Part shown: piece after piece, positions 48,003 to 57,710 of the stretch | Layout: every line of letters starts with the position of its first letter | Position numbering within the stretch: position 1 is the stretch's first letter | Assembly (NCBI GenBank): GCA_965116905.1 | Contig: OZ220732.1 | Coordinates: forward strand, 352,001-416,000 | DNA length: 64,000 bases | DNA from: Longimicrobiales bacterium | GTDB lineage: Bacteria > Gemmatimonadota > Gemmatimonadetes > Longimicrobiales > Gaopeijiaceae | Direction of reading: 5' to 3' | Notes under the pieces: generated by a model | What the model saw: the letters and a program-made list of their open reading frames with translations, nothing else | The model's database searches: none | Told to the model about the DNA's origin: nothing | Position numbers and translations under genes: made by a program

Positions 48003-49094
48003 TCAGAACACCAGCCGGTACCTGGCGATTCGCCACGGCGGGATGTCCGGATTCAGCAGCACATGGAGATACCTGCCACCGCCCAGCACCTTCGCACCCT
48101 CCGGCAACGGCACGGTCTCGAACAGCTTCCGCCCCGTGTGGCGATCGTACGCTTCGACGGACACATCGAGTTCCCTGAAAAGAAACCACGGCCTGGCCGG
48201 ATCCAGCTTGCCGACCGTGAACACGAGATAGCTGTCACCGACGATGTCCATGCTCGTGACGAGGTCAAAGCTCTCGATCAGTCGCTTGATCGGATTGCCC
48301 GCCTGGGCCCCCGGCCCCTCGGCGCTGGTGAACGCAAAGGCCCCCGCCTCGATCTCGGGCACCCTGCGAAACCCCGCTGGGGGCGTCCCGATCGTGCCAA
48401 CCGAGTCGCCGGCGCCGTTCAGGATAGTCGCTGGGTACAGGAGACCTTCCATCACGTACAGGGAGTCCCCGCGGATCGCAGCGTGGAGACCACCCAGACC
48501 ACCCCAATACGGTTTGCCGCCACCCGGCGACTTCCAACTGGTCCACGCAACCGCCCCGTCAACCAACCGGTGAAAGTTGCCGGCCATTTGAGTGACATCG
48601 ATATCCGTTCGCAGCCCACTGAAAACCATGTCTCGCCACAATGGCAGGACCATCTGCGGCACATGGTTCTCGATCAGCGCCATGCTGTCAGGTGTCAGGT
48701 CCGGAGCCAGGTAAGTCAGCGCCCCGCTCTGCGCACCGGTCACGACGATTCGACCGTCTGCCATCTCCGCCACACTCCGGACCCTACGGAACTCCCACGG
48801 GCCGTCTCCGAAGCGCCCAAAGCCGGCCTGGAGCGACCCGTCGGCCCGGTAGGTCCGCACCCGCGGAAGGTATCGATCCGCGATGATGAACCCGCCATCC
48901 CGCCTCTCGACAAACTCGCCGACGGCCGCGATCGAATCGGACGGATCTTCACCCAGCTCGATGACCTCCACCAACTCGAAGACTTCCTCGAACGGCGGCG
49001 AGGGCACCTGTGTGGGCTGCTGCTCACAAGCGAAGAGTGAAAGCAGCGCCACAAGAGCCAGCGCTGCCGTGACGCCTCGTCCCGCCTCTACCAA
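48003..49094 (-). CDS. Beta-propeller lipoprotein, orphan paralog P5
   Basis: TTG 49094 overlaps the end of the upstream gene; lipobox LFAC; FELVEVIELGEDP, GRFGDGPWEF, YDRHTG, NPDIPPWRIA. Confidence 0.8.
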   Translation of the reverse strand: MVEAGRGVTAALALVALLSLFACEQQPTQVPSPPFEEVFELVEVIELGEDPSDSIAAVGEFVERRDGGFIIADRYLPRVRTYRADGSLQAGFGRFGDGPWEFRRVRSVAEMADGRIVVTGAQSGALTYLAPDLTPDSMALIENHVPQMVLPLWRDMVFSGLRTDIDVTQMAGNFHRLVDGAVAWTSWKSPGGGKPYWGGLGGLHAAIRGDSLYVMEGLLYPATILNGAGDSVGTIGTPPAGFRRVPEIEAGAFAFTSAEGPGAQAGNPIKRLIESFDLVTSMDIVGDSYLVFTVGKLDPARPWFLFRELDVSVEAYDRHTGRKLFETVPLPEGAKVLGGGRYLHVLLNPDIPPWRIARYRLVF

Positions 49095-49867
49095 CCCGCG
49101 GCCGCCCTCCCCGCCATCAGCGCGGCTGAATCGCTCACGATGATCATCCGGAAGCCCTGCTCCATGCGCTCGGCGATGTCGTCCACACCGGCGGTGATGC
49201 CGCACGGAACCTGATAGGCCTGACACGCGGCCAGCACGCTTTGGATGGCGGCCTCGAAGGCCTCCACGTCATCCACATAGGACTGGCGCAGGTCGTCGGG
49301 ACCCGCAAAGACCACGCTGACGCCCTCGGTGCCAACGATCTCGTCGACCCTTTCCACTCCGGCCCGGGTTTCTACGATGAGCATGCTGAATCGCGAGCCC
49401 GAGGGGTTGCCGGGCCAGTGGTCATCGCCCATCGCGGCAACTGCGACGGCCGCGTCCTCGGCCGATTCCACGTGCGGGAAGAAGATCGCCGCCACGCCCT
49501 CGTCGAGCGCTGCGGCCACGTTCGCCTCGGCCGTCTCCACGCCGTCGCGGATCGGCGGGATCCTCAGGACGACAGGGTCAAATGGACCTGCCTCCAGGGA
49601 GTGGAACACCAGGTCGAGTTCCTCGCCAAGGCCCGCGAGCGCGCCTTCCCCCGGGGTCGTTGCTCCCGAGAAGACGGCGAAGACAACTTGCTCGCTGCCG
49701 ATCAACTCCACCACGGTGGACGGGCTTGGCGCCGCGGACTCGGTTGCGGCGTCGCTGGCCTGCTCGGGAGCAGAGCACGCGACGGCGGCCCCGAGGGGCA
49801 TGACAAGGGCCGTCGCCAGTGCAAATGGCGACGTCCGTGGCTGGGAGAGCGGACTGGTGTTCGCCAT
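49088..49867 (-). CDS. HpcH/HpaI aldolase-like lipoprotein (possibly internally deleted)
   Basis: LRIP, FPHVESAEDA, IVET..GVERVDEI, FAGPDDL, PCGI, GFR motifs; lipobox VVAC. Confidence 0.7.
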   Translation of the reverse strand: MANTSPLSQPRTSPFALATALVMPLGAAVACSAPEQASDAATESAAPSPSTVVELIGSEQVVFAVFSGATTPGEGALAGLGEELDLVFHSLEAGPFDPVVLRIPPIRDGVETAEANVAAALDEGVAAIFFPHVESAEDAAVAVAAMGDDHWPGNPSGSRFSMLIVETRAGVERVDEIVGTEGVSVVFAGPDDLRQSYVDDVEAFEAAIQSVLAACQAYQVPCGITAGVDDIAERMEQGFRMIIVSDSAALMAGRAAAGW

Positions 49868-49873
49868 CCCCCT

Positions 49874-51136
49874 CTACCCTCGAATCTCCGCGTCAATTCC
49901 CTCCTCACCCTCCCATCTGCCGACCACCGCCGCCGCGCACGAGTCGCTGTAGACGTTGACGGCCGTCCGGGCCATGTCCAGCGGCCGGTCGATCGAGAGC
50001 ATCGCGGCGACGATCAGCATCGCCTCGGGATTGTCGCCGATTCCGATCGCGCCCAGGATGATGAAGATCACCACCAGCCCGGCAGAGGGAACCGCCGCGG
50101 CACCGATCGACGCCAGCAGCGCCGTGAGGACGACGACGACCTGGGTCGCAAAGCCGATGTCGGCTCCCAGCGCCTGCGCGATGAAGAGCGCGCCCACGCA
50201 CTCCATCACCGCCGTGCCGTCCATGTTGACGGTGGCGCCCATCGGCAGCGTGAACGACGACACGCGATCGGACACCCCGACCTTTTCCTGCACCGTCTTC
50301 AGGGTGACCGGCAGAGTGGCCGCGGACGAACTCGTCGAGAACGCCACCAGCAGTGGCTCCCTCATGTTCATCGCGTGCTTCCACGGAGACACGCGCGCCC
50401 AGAAGTACAGCAGGAGAGGCAGCGTGATGAAGAAGTGGATGGCGAGACCGGAGGTCAGTCCCACGACGTATTGGGCCAGGTTGCCGAAGGCCATCAGGCC
50501 CGTCTCGGTGACCATGGTGACCATCAGCCCGAAGACCCCGATCGGGAGCAGCTTGATGATGCCCGTCGTCAGCGCCATCATCGCCTGGAAGAGCGCGCCG
50601 ATCAGGTCCGTGATCTTCGTGCGGGGACCCTCGGGCAGGGTCGTGACGGCCGCTCCGAAGACGATGCAGAAGAAGATGACCATCAGCATGTCGCCGGCCG
50701 AGGCCGCCCCGAGGAAGTTGTCCGGAACGATGGTGTACAGCAGATCGACGAACGACTCCGGCGTGGCGAGGTCGGGGGGCTCCGCTCCGGTGTCTGTCAC
50801 CGGATAGCCCCGGCCCGGATTGATGATGTTGAAGAGGAGCAGCCCGGTAAGCGCGGCCAGGAGGCTCGACACCAGGTAGTACCCCAGCGTCTTGCCGAAC
50901 ATCCGGCCCACGGTGCGCCCGCTGCCGGCCGATGCCACTCCCGAGATGATCGAGGCGATGACCAGCGGAACGATGATCATTCGCAGCAGACGCATGAACA
51001 GGCCGCCAACCCAGCCGACGTTGTCCGCGACGGCTGGCCCCCCTGGAGACAGGCCGATGCCGATGCCCAGAATCATCGCGATCACTACCTGCCAATGAAG
51101 ACGCTTGTACCAGGGGTTGTCGGGATTGTATTCCAT
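49874..51136 (-). CDS. Dicarboxylate/amino acid:cation symporter (GltP/DAACS)
   Basis: AFSTSSSAATLP, PMGATVNMDGT, SIGAAAVP, DMARTAVN. Confidence 0.93.
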   Translation of the reverse strand: MEYNPDNPWYKRLHWQVVIAMILGIGIGLSPGGPAVADNVGWVGGLFMRLLRMIIVPLVIASIISGVASAGSGRTVGRMFGKTLGYYLVSSLLAALTGLLLFNIINPGRGYPVTDTGAEPPDLATPESFVDLLYTIVPDNFLGAASAGDMLMVIFFCIVFGAAVTTLPEGPRTKITDLIGALFQAMMALTTGIIKLLPIGVFGLMVTMVTETGLMAFGNLAQYVVGLTSGLAIHFFITLPLLLYFWARVSPWKHAMNMREPLLVAFSTSSSAATLPVTLKTVQEKVGVSDRVSSFTLPMGATVNMDGTAVMECVGALFIAQALGADIGFATQVVVVLTALLASIGAAAVPSAGLVVIFIILGAIGIGDNPEAMLIVAAMLSIDRPLDMARTAVNVYSDSCAAAVVGRWEGEEGIDAEIRG

Positions 51137-51274
51137 GGGTCTCTCTTTGGGAGCGGGAGGCTGGCAACGGCGGGCTTCGAGCCCGGCGCGAATGGCCGCA
51201 GGTCTATGTCAACGCGGGAAGGTGGTGGCCGCGATTCCCATCCGTCAAGTTCCACCGGCGGTGTCGCGTTGGCG

Positions 51275-52270
51275 TCAGCGTCGAATCATCCGCACTACGC
51301 TCCCGTGCCGGTCGTAGGAAGCGGCCGGGAAGGCCACCACATCTCCGGTCAGATCGGTGGCAGGAGTGAGCTCCGCCGCACGCGCCGCCGCGCTGGACCC
51401 CGGCACGATGAACCTGTCCGCCTCCGCCAGATCGACCGTGTAGCCGATGTCCGCCAGGGACTGAATCGTGATCGCGCTGAGCGGATCCGCGACATTCTGG
51501 TCCAGCCAGGGAGCCATCAGCTCGGTGCCGAACACCGACTTCCGCCAGTGGTAGTCCACGGTGCCATTGGTCCAGTAGTTCTCGACGGGGACCTTGCCGC
51601 CGGTGTAGTTGGCACCCCCTGCGGCGACAAAGGCTGCGGTCGCCCTGGATCCGGTGAAGTGGGTGTCGGCGCCTTCGTTATCCCATGCCGGGTTGCGCAG
51701 CAGATCCAGATCTTCCCAGGACAGGCCGAATCCCAGCATGTGTCCGAACTGGTGGAGGATCAAATCGTCCACGTGGTCCTCGGGGACCCCTTCGATGTCG
51801 AGAAAGACGGCCCCGACCAGCGGCAGTTTGGAGGACTCGCGGTATCCGCAGATCCGCACCCCCGAACCTGTGGTGGGTCCCGTGAAATAGTCTCTGACCG
51901 AGATCATGATGAAGACATCGTCAAGCACATCCTTCTGATAGTCGTGCTGAAGGCCTCCACAGCTGATCGTGCCCGGTTCCCATTCGATGTCCTCCAGGTC
52001 GCTGCCCTCCACGACTCTGGCCCAGCGGTCCGCCTGGGCGCGGATTCGGGCGGCCAGCTCGCGCGCGCCCTCGTCCATCAGAACGATGTCGAACTGGAAT
52101 TGATGGGGCGTTTCGTCGGCGGCGGCGGCCGCAGGGTCAGGGGCGTCGTCAGACGACGGGACGGTTGTGGCCGTGGGGACTTCGGGCGCTACGGGCGGGA
52201 TGTCACAGGATGCGGTGCCGGCCGCGACCAGGGCGATGAGGGCGATGATGTATTGTCGTTGCGTGTTCAT
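51275..52270 (-). CDS. Leishmanolysin-like (M8) metalloprotease lipoprotein with HQxxH in place of HExxH
   Basis: LILHQFGHMLGFG, VPVEN, HWRKSVFGTELM, PLSAITIQSLADIGYTVD; lipobox TASC. Confidence 0.75.
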   Translation of the reverse strand: MNTQRQYIIALIALVAAGTASCDIPPVAPEVPTATTVPSSDDAPDPAAAAADETPHQFQFDIVLMDEGARELAARIRAQADRWARVVEGSDLEDIEWEPGTISCGGLQHDYQKDVLDDVFIMISVRDYFTGPTTGSGVRICGYRESSKLPLVGAVFLDIEGVPEDHVDDLILHQFGHMLGFGLSWEDLDLLRNPAWDNEGADTHFTGSRATAAFVAAGGANYTGGKVPVENYWTNGTVDYHWRKSVFGTELMAPWLDQNVADPLSAITIQSLADIGYTVDLAEADRFIVPGSSAAARAAELTPATDLTGDVVAFPAASYDRHGSVVRMIRR

Positions 52271-52451
52271 GATTGTCACCTCCTGGCGAGGGATTAGGTA
52301 TGTCACCGTACACGGGCCGGGTCCCATTGTTTCCAGGTTCCACGCCTTGCGGCTGCCACCCCCTCAGGGTCCCCAGACGCACACCTCTTGGCGCCGCGGG
52401 GCGTTCTCGGCTAGTGTTGCGGCCACGAACTCCAACTCCGGAGGCGCATTG

Positions 52452-54059
52452 ATGTACAGATCCGTCCGCTACCTGGCAGGACTGCTCGTATTCGCTCTTG
52501 TTCCGGTGCTGGCCGCGTGCACCGTTGCCTACGAGGACGACGAAGGGGAGGGCACCCGCATCCGTGTTGGCTCCGCCGACTCGCCGGAACCCCTCCGCTT
52601 CGCCGTCGCCCGCTTCCAGCACGAGACCTGCACCTTCTGTCCCGGCGGCGACACGGAAGTCGACGACTGGCTGCGGGCCAGTGAACCCCTGTCCGGCGAG
52701 GCGCTGCTCTCGTCCGGCGGGTACGTGGGCGGGTTCGTCAAGCGCGCGCGGGAGTTCGGCGACGTCGAACTGGTGCCGCTGACCTCGCCGGTCGGCGTCT
52801 ACGGCGGGTCGTCCAGGAGCTGGAACACGAAGGAGACCTTCGACCACTTCCTCGAGATCATGCTCGCCGAACTGCGGGAGCAGCTCCCCGTCGACGGGGT
52901 CTACCTGGCCCTGCACGGCGCGATGGCGGTGCGCGACGTCCCGCGGCCCGAGGCGGAGATCGCGCGCCGCTTCCGCGAGGTGGTCGGGCTCGGCGTCCCC
53001 ATCGCGGGGGCCTTCGACCTGCACGGCAACGAGGACGCCGAGTTCCTGGAGCACGGCGACTTCTCCTTCGTCACCAAACGGTATCCCCACTACGATTCCT
53101 ACATCCAGGGCGAGCGCGCGGCCCGGGCGCTCAGGCTCGCGGCGCTGGGCGAATACCGGTCCACCACGGCCACCCGCAAGCCCGGCGTCATCACCGCCAC
53201 CGTGCTGCAGTGGACCGGGCAGTCCCCATCGATGGACATCATGGAGCGCGCCCGGCGGTGGGAGGCGCGGGAAAACGACGTGTACGTGAGCGTCTTCTAC
53301 GGCTATCCCTGGTCGGACGTACCCGACGTCGGCGCGACCGTGCAGGTCATGACCAACGACGACCAGGCGCTCGCCGACCGGATCGCGGACGACATGGACG
53401 ACTTCATCTGGCGCGTGCGCGAGGACTTCGCGGTGGGTGGCTACCCCGGCCCGGATGAGGCCGCCCGGATCGTCGCGACGGCCGTCGCTCGCGGCGAGAC
53501 CCCCGTGGCCGTCGGCGACCACAGCGACCGTCCCGGCGACGCAACCCACATCCTGAACGCCTTCGAGGCGGCCGGGATCGGCAACGTGCTGTACGGGACG
53601 ATCACCTCGCCCGCCACCCTGGAGGCCCTCGGCGCCGCAAACGCCCGGGCCGGCGACCCCTTCGACATGGAGATCGGCGGCTTCACGCCGTCGGGGGGTT
53701 CACCCCGGCGCATCGTCGGCACGGTGGAGTACTTCGGCGAAGGCTTCGGCTACGACGCTATCGCCGCGGTCTCCTTCGGCGACGGCAACGTCGTCTTCCT
53801 CACGCCCGCCTACACGCAGGTGCTCTACCCTGACGCCTTCCGCTACGGCGACATTGAGCCCGACGACCACGACGTCTTCGTGGTCAAGTCACGCGTCCAC
53901 TTCCGCCGCGGCTTCGACGAGACCGGCTACGCCCGCACGATCGTCATCGTCGAGGCGCCCGAGCCCTTCGTGGGAACGACCTTCCTGGACGCGTTATCGT
54001 ATGAGCACGCGAATCTGAGCGAACAGTATCCCTACGGAACGCCGCCCAAGCGACGGTGA
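52452..54059 (+). CDS. M81 (MlrC-like) metallopeptidase lipoprotein
   Basis: HETCTF, LALHGAM, DLHGN, YPHYD, DHSDRPG, VVKSRVHFR; lipobox LAAC. Confidence 0.85.
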   Translation: MYRSVRYLAGLLVFALVPVLAACTVAYEDDEGEGTRIRVGSADSPEPLRFAVARFQHETCTFCPGGDTEVDDWLRASEPLSGEALLSSGGYVGGFVKRAREFGDVELVPLTSPVGVYGGSSRSWNTKETFDHFLEIMLAELREQLPVDGVYLALHGAMAVRDVPRPEAEIARRFREVVGLGVPIAGAFDLHGNEDAEFLEHGDFSFVTKRYPHYDSYIQGERAARALRLAALGEYRSTTATRKPGVITATVLQWTGQSPSMDIMERARRWEARENDVYVSVFYGYPWSDVPDVGATVQVMTNDDQALADRIADDMDDFIWRVREDFAVGGYPGPDEAARIVATAVARGETPVAVGDHSDRPGDATHILNAFEAAGIGNVLYGTITSPATLEALGAANARAGDPFDMEIGGFTPSGGSPRRIVGTVEYFGEGFGYDAIAAVSFGDGNVVFLTPAYTQVLYPDAFRYGDIEPDDHDVFVVKSRVHFRRGFDETGYARTIVIVEAPEPFVGTTFLDALSYEHANLSEQYPYGTPPKRR

Positions 54060-55099
54060 CACTGAAAGGCCGAATGAAGATCGACCGCGAGCAGGTGCGA
54101 CACTGGAAACGAGTCCTGTCTCCCTACTTCGGCCCGGATGATCGCCGGAGCGCGTGGCAGATGGGTTACACCGCCATCCTCTTCGCATCCGCCTGGGCGC
54201 TGATGTACTGGAGCCTCGGCGTCGGCTACTGGCTGACGCTGCTGCTGGCGATCCCCGCCGCGGGCCTGGCGATGCGCCTCTTCATGTTCCAGCACGACTG
54301 CGGGCACGGGTCCTACTTCAACTCGCGGCGGCTGGCATGCATCACCGGCTCGGTGATCGGCGTGCTCACGCTTACCCCCTACCACTACTGGCGGAAGACG
54401 CACGCGATCCACCACGCGCATTCGGGCGACCTGGACGTCCGCAGTTTCGGTGACATCGTCACGGTCACCGTCAAGGAATACGAGGCGATGTCGTTCCTGC
54501 AACGCTTCGGATACCGGTTCTACCGCAACCCATTCATCCTCTTCGGTCCCGGCGCGGCGTTCCAGTTCTTCGTCAAGCATCGGTTCCCGTGGGATGCGCC
54601 GAGAGGATGGAAACGGGAGTGGCTCTCCGTGTGGTGGACCAACGCCGCACTGGTCGCGATCCTGACCGTTGCGTGGCTCACGATCGGGATTGGCACCTTC
54701 CTCATGGTCCAGTTGCCGATCACCCTGATCTCCTGCTCGTTCGGGGTGTGGCTCTTCTACGTCCAGCACCAGTTCGAAGACGCATACTGGCACTGGCGCG
54801 ACGACTGGAACTACTTCGACGCCGGCCTTCACGGGTCCTCGTTCCTGCGCCTCCCGAAGGTCCTGCAGTGGTTCACGGCGAACATCGGGCTCCACCACGT
54901 CCATCATCTGAGCGCGCGGATCCCCAACTACCGGCTCCAGCGCTGCCACGACGAGAACCCGGAACTGTGGCAGGCCCCGACGATGACGCTGTGGGACGGA
55001 CTCAAGACCCTTCGCCTGGCTTTGTGGGACGAGGGACGGCGGAAGCTGATCTCGTTTCGCGAGTATCGGCGGCTGCGGACGGCGGGCGCACATTCGTGA
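54056..55099 (+). CDS. Fatty acid desaturase
   Basis: His boxes HDCGH, HAIHH, HHVHH; FYVQHQFE. Confidence 0.9.
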   Translation: MTLKGRMKIDREQVRHWKRVLSPYFGPDDRRSAWQMGYTAILFASAWALMYWSLGVGYWLTLLLAIPAAGLAMRLFMFQHDCGHGSYFNSRRLACITGSVIGVLTLTPYHYWRKTHAIHHAHSGDLDVRSFGDIVTVTVKEYEAMSFLQRFGYRFYRNPFILFGPGAAFQFFVKHRFPWDAPRGWKREWLSVWWTNAALVAILTVAWLTIGIGTFLMVQLPITLISCSFGVWLFYVQHQFEDAYWHWRDDWNYFDAGLHGSSFLRLPKVLQWFTANIGLHHVHHLSARIPNYRLQRCHDENPELWQAPTMTLWDGLKTLRLALWDEGRRKLISFREYRRLRTAGAHS

Positions 55100-55575
55100 G
55101 ATCGTCGGTGAAGGAATCGAGAAAACGGGTCCGTGGAGCGGTCGGTCTGCTGATCGCCGTAACCGCGCCCATAGCATGCGGAGATGATATGACCGGTCCT
55201 GAGAGCATCGAGCAGGCCCAGTTCGCGGCCTCGCTGGATATCGACCTTGCGGACTTTACGCGCACTTCGTCCGGCCTCTACTACGATGATGTCGAGCCGG
55301 GGACGGGCGACCCGGCGGCCTCCGGCCAGAGCGTGCGCGTCGCCTATACCGGCTGGCTGACCAGCGGCGCCCAGTTCGACAGCGGCGAGTTCGCGTTTCT
55401 CCTCGGGGCCGGCCAGGTCGTACCCGGCTTTGACGAAGGCGTACAGGGGATGCGCGTCGGAGGGATTCGCAGGATCATCATCCCGCCGGAGCTGGGGTAC
55501 GGGAACCGTGGCAGCGGACCCGTTCCTCCCAACGCGATCATGATCTTCCGGATCGAGGTGCTGTCGATCGGGTAG
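55096..55575 (+). CDS. FKBP-type peptidyl-prolyl isomerase lipoprotein
   Basis: VAYTGWL..G.QFDS, GQVVPGFDEGVQGMRVG, IIPPELGYG, VPPNA. Confidence 0.9.
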   Translation: MRSSVKESRKRVRGAVGLLIAVTAPIACGDDMTGPESIEQAQFAASLDIDLADFTRTSSGLYYDDVEPGTGDPAASGQSVRVAYTGWLTSGAQFDSGEFAFLLGAGQVVPGFDEGVQGMRVGGIRRIIIPPELGYGNRGSGPVPPNAIMIFRIEVLSIG

Positions 55576-55596
55576 GGGTCCGGACGGCGGGCGCGC

Positions 55597-55971
55597 TCAA
55601 TCCGCCGTCGACACTCCCAGTTCGCTCAACCTCGTGAAGTCGTCGCGATTAGCGGTGGCAACCGGCGCGTCGTCGGCCAGGGCCACCGCCGCGATCATGC
55701 AGTCGATGAGCGACCCCCGTCGACGACCCGATTCGTTGTAGAGTCGTGCGGCGGTCTCCGCATCGCTCCTGGTGAAATCCCGGTGCTCATCGATGATCGC
55801 TCCCGCCACGGCCAACTCCGACGACGTCAGCGGCCCGCACTGAAACTCGGCCCAGGCCACCGAGCACACTGCCAGCGACTCGCCGTTGGCAATCCATCGC
55901 CGAAGCGCCCGATCCTCCGGTGTGCCGCGACCGAGGGCGCGGATCAGGAAGCTCGTATCGAGGTGGATCAT
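55597..55971 (-). CDS. vapC: PIN-domain VapC toxin
   Basis: MIHLDTSFLI, AWAEF, DCMIAAVA, ATANRDDF; ATGA overlap with antitoxin. Confidence 0.88.
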   Translation of the reverse strand: MIHLDTSFLIRALGRGTPEDRALRRWIANGESLAVCSVAWAEFQCGPLTSSELAVAGAIIDEHRDFTRSDAETAARLYNESGRRRGSLIDCMIAAVALADDAPVATANRDDFTRLSELGVSTAD

Positions 55972-56255
55972 TCGGATCCGACCCAGGGCCGCCCCCCTGC
56001 TGCGGCACGCTCGGCACCGAGGTCCTTCTCCCACTGGCCGAGGTCGACCCCGCGCTCGCGCACGGTGTCCTGGAGCCGGGTGAGCGCCTCCAGAGCGACG
56101 CTCTCGTCCCCGTCGTCACCCGCTACCAGCGCAATGCGGAGCGCACGGCGGATGACTTCGGACTTGGACACGTCCCAACGCCGTGCGAGCGCCTCGAGGG
56201 TGCGGACCGAGTCCACGTCGAGGGAATAGGTGGATTTGATGGTAGTTATGGCCAT
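55968..56255 (-). CDS. vapB: Ribbon-helix-helix (CopG-type) antitoxin
   Basis: KSTYSLD...LARRWDVSKSEVIRRAL. Confidence 0.82.
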   Translation of the reverse strand: MAITTIKSTYSLDVDSVRTLEALARRWDVSKSEVIRRALRIALVAGDDGDESVALEALTRLQDTVRERGVDLGQWEKDLGAERAAAGGRPWVGSE

Positions 56256-56291
56256 ACTCAATAGTATGGCCTTACTCCAATCCCTCGTCAA
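56250..56291 (-). promoter_or_regulatory. vapBC promoter/operator, probably leaderless
   Basis: Perfect IR GGCCATACT-N4-AGTATGGCC (56250-56271) over the ATG; TTGACG-17 nt-CATACT on the minus strand. Confidence 0.7.
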
Positions 56292-56392
56292 ACCCTCGGG
56301 CCCGGTTTCCAGCATCCGATGACTGCCGCGGCCGCCCCCGCCCACACCCGGCTTCGCCGCTCGGATGCCGGGGGGATCTTGTCCACGGGCCC

Positions 56393-56857
56393 CTAAGCCC
56401 CCACCAGCTCCCCCAGCACGAACACGTCGGTGAGCAGTGCCCTCACGTGGATCGACGCGTTGAGGTTGTCGATCAGCTGGGACGAAACGGAAGCCTGCGC
56501 CGCCACCAGCCTCACCAGCGCCCGGGAGGCCTCCGCGTCTCGCCGGAGCACGTCCAGCGCCGCCTCCACGGCCGCAGGGTCCGCGCCGGGTGCGTCGCTC
56601 GTCGCCGCGCCCGCGGCCGCGCCCTCACCGCCGCCAGGTTCGGCCGACCCTGCCGCGCCGCCCGCTCCAGCCTCCAGCAGGCGCCCCCGGAAAGCCTCGT
56701 CCAGTCCGTCGAGAGCCTCTTCGAAGCCGCGCAGGAACGTCCGCACCTGTTCCCCCGCCTTACTGGCCGAATCGTCCGCCAGGCCCTGCGCGGCGTAGGC
56801 GAGGAAGAACTCGTAGCCCTCCTCGATCGCGTCAATCCTGCGCTTCAGGTCGTCCAG
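56393..56857 (-). CDS. Hypothetical protein at the end of the molybdoenzyme operon (probable CTG start)
   Basis: Frame open upstream of GTG 56746 encoding LDDLKRRIDAIEEGYEFFLAYAAQG; C-terminal SSQLIDNLNASIHVRALLTD. Confidence 0.6.
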   Translation of the reverse strand: MDDLKRRIDAIEEGYEFFLAYAAQGLADDSASKAGEQVRTFLRGFEEALDGLDEAFRGRLLEAGAGGAAGSAEPGGGEGAAAGAATSDAPGADPAAVEAALDVLRRDAEASRALVRLVAAQASVSSQLIDNLNASIHVRALLTDVFVLGELVGA

Positions 56858-56858
56858 G

Positions 56859-57695
56859 TCAGTCGCCCTCAGCCTCGGCCGCCTGCGTGCCCGCCTCCGG
56901 GACCGTCCAGCGTGCGGGGTCGTGGTTTTCGAGGTAGCGGTCGCGGTCGATCCAGCCGTTGATCATGGACCAGGTCATCCAGCGCTTCTCGGGGCGGATC
57001 GCGAAGTACACGTGCGCGATCACGAGGAAGATCAGGCCGATGCCGCAGATGCCGTGGATCACGTAGATCCAGCCCCAGGCGGTGTCGCTGAACATGTACG
57101 TCCGCTCGGCCCAGAGGAAGTTGTCGATCCGGAACATCATCAGGACGCCGGTGACAACGGCGCCGAGCGTGGCGACCATGGCGGCATGGTGGAACATCTT
57201 CTGGTCCACCGGATACTTGCCGGAGCGCGGGCGTTCGGCGTCGGATTGGCCCAGCGCAGCCTTCAGGCCGAGCTTGCCCTCTTCGATGTCGCGGCGGTCG
57301 ATCCACATCGTCCAGAAGTCCTGCTTTGCGAAGACGTGGTAGATGTGGTAGATGACCGTCAGAATGAGCAGGACGCCGGCGATCCAGTGGATGGTGACCC
57401 AGGGAAACTGGATCCCGATCACCGGGAAGAAGGCGGTGATCAGCAGCGCGAACATGGTCGCGCTCATCGACCAGTGGAATCCGCGCGCGCCGGGCTTGTG
57501 ACGCTGGAGCTTCTCGGGGAGCCCCTCCGCCTCGTCGGGGTCGATCTCGCCCGTGCCGACCTTCTTGGGGACCATGAGCGCGTGCACTACCACGAAGACG
57601 GCACCGATGATCACGGCCGCCCAGATCAGGTCCCACGAGACCCCGATCGGGACGTCTTCGCCCCAGGGGTTCAGTGCCCGCCGAAGGAATTCCAT
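56859..57695 (-). CDS. Cytochrome b subunit (FdnI/formate dehydrogenase gamma-like)
   Basis: TM helices with His ligands FHW, IHW, IHG, AHVY; GKY..QK; SMINGW. Confidence 0.85.
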   Translation of the reverse strand: MEFLRRALNPWGEDVPIGVSWDLIWAAVIIGAVFVVVHALMVPKKVGTGEIDPDEAEGLPEKLQRHKPGARGFHWSMSATMFALLITAFFPVIGIQFPWVTIHWIAGVLLILTVIYHIYHVFAKQDFWTMWIDRRDIEEGKLGLKAALGQSDAERPRSGKYPVDQKMFHHAAMVATLGAVVTGVLMMFRIDNFLWAERTYMFSDTAWGWIYVIHGICGIGLIFLVIAHVYFAIRPEKRWMTWSMINGWIDRDRYLENHDPARWTVPEAGTQAAEAEGD

Positions 57696-57710
57696 GGTCT
57701 AGTCTCTCCG

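Noticed and set aside
49241..52297. 1018-aa plus-strand ORF
   Set aside because: Antisense to three recognisable minus-strand genes
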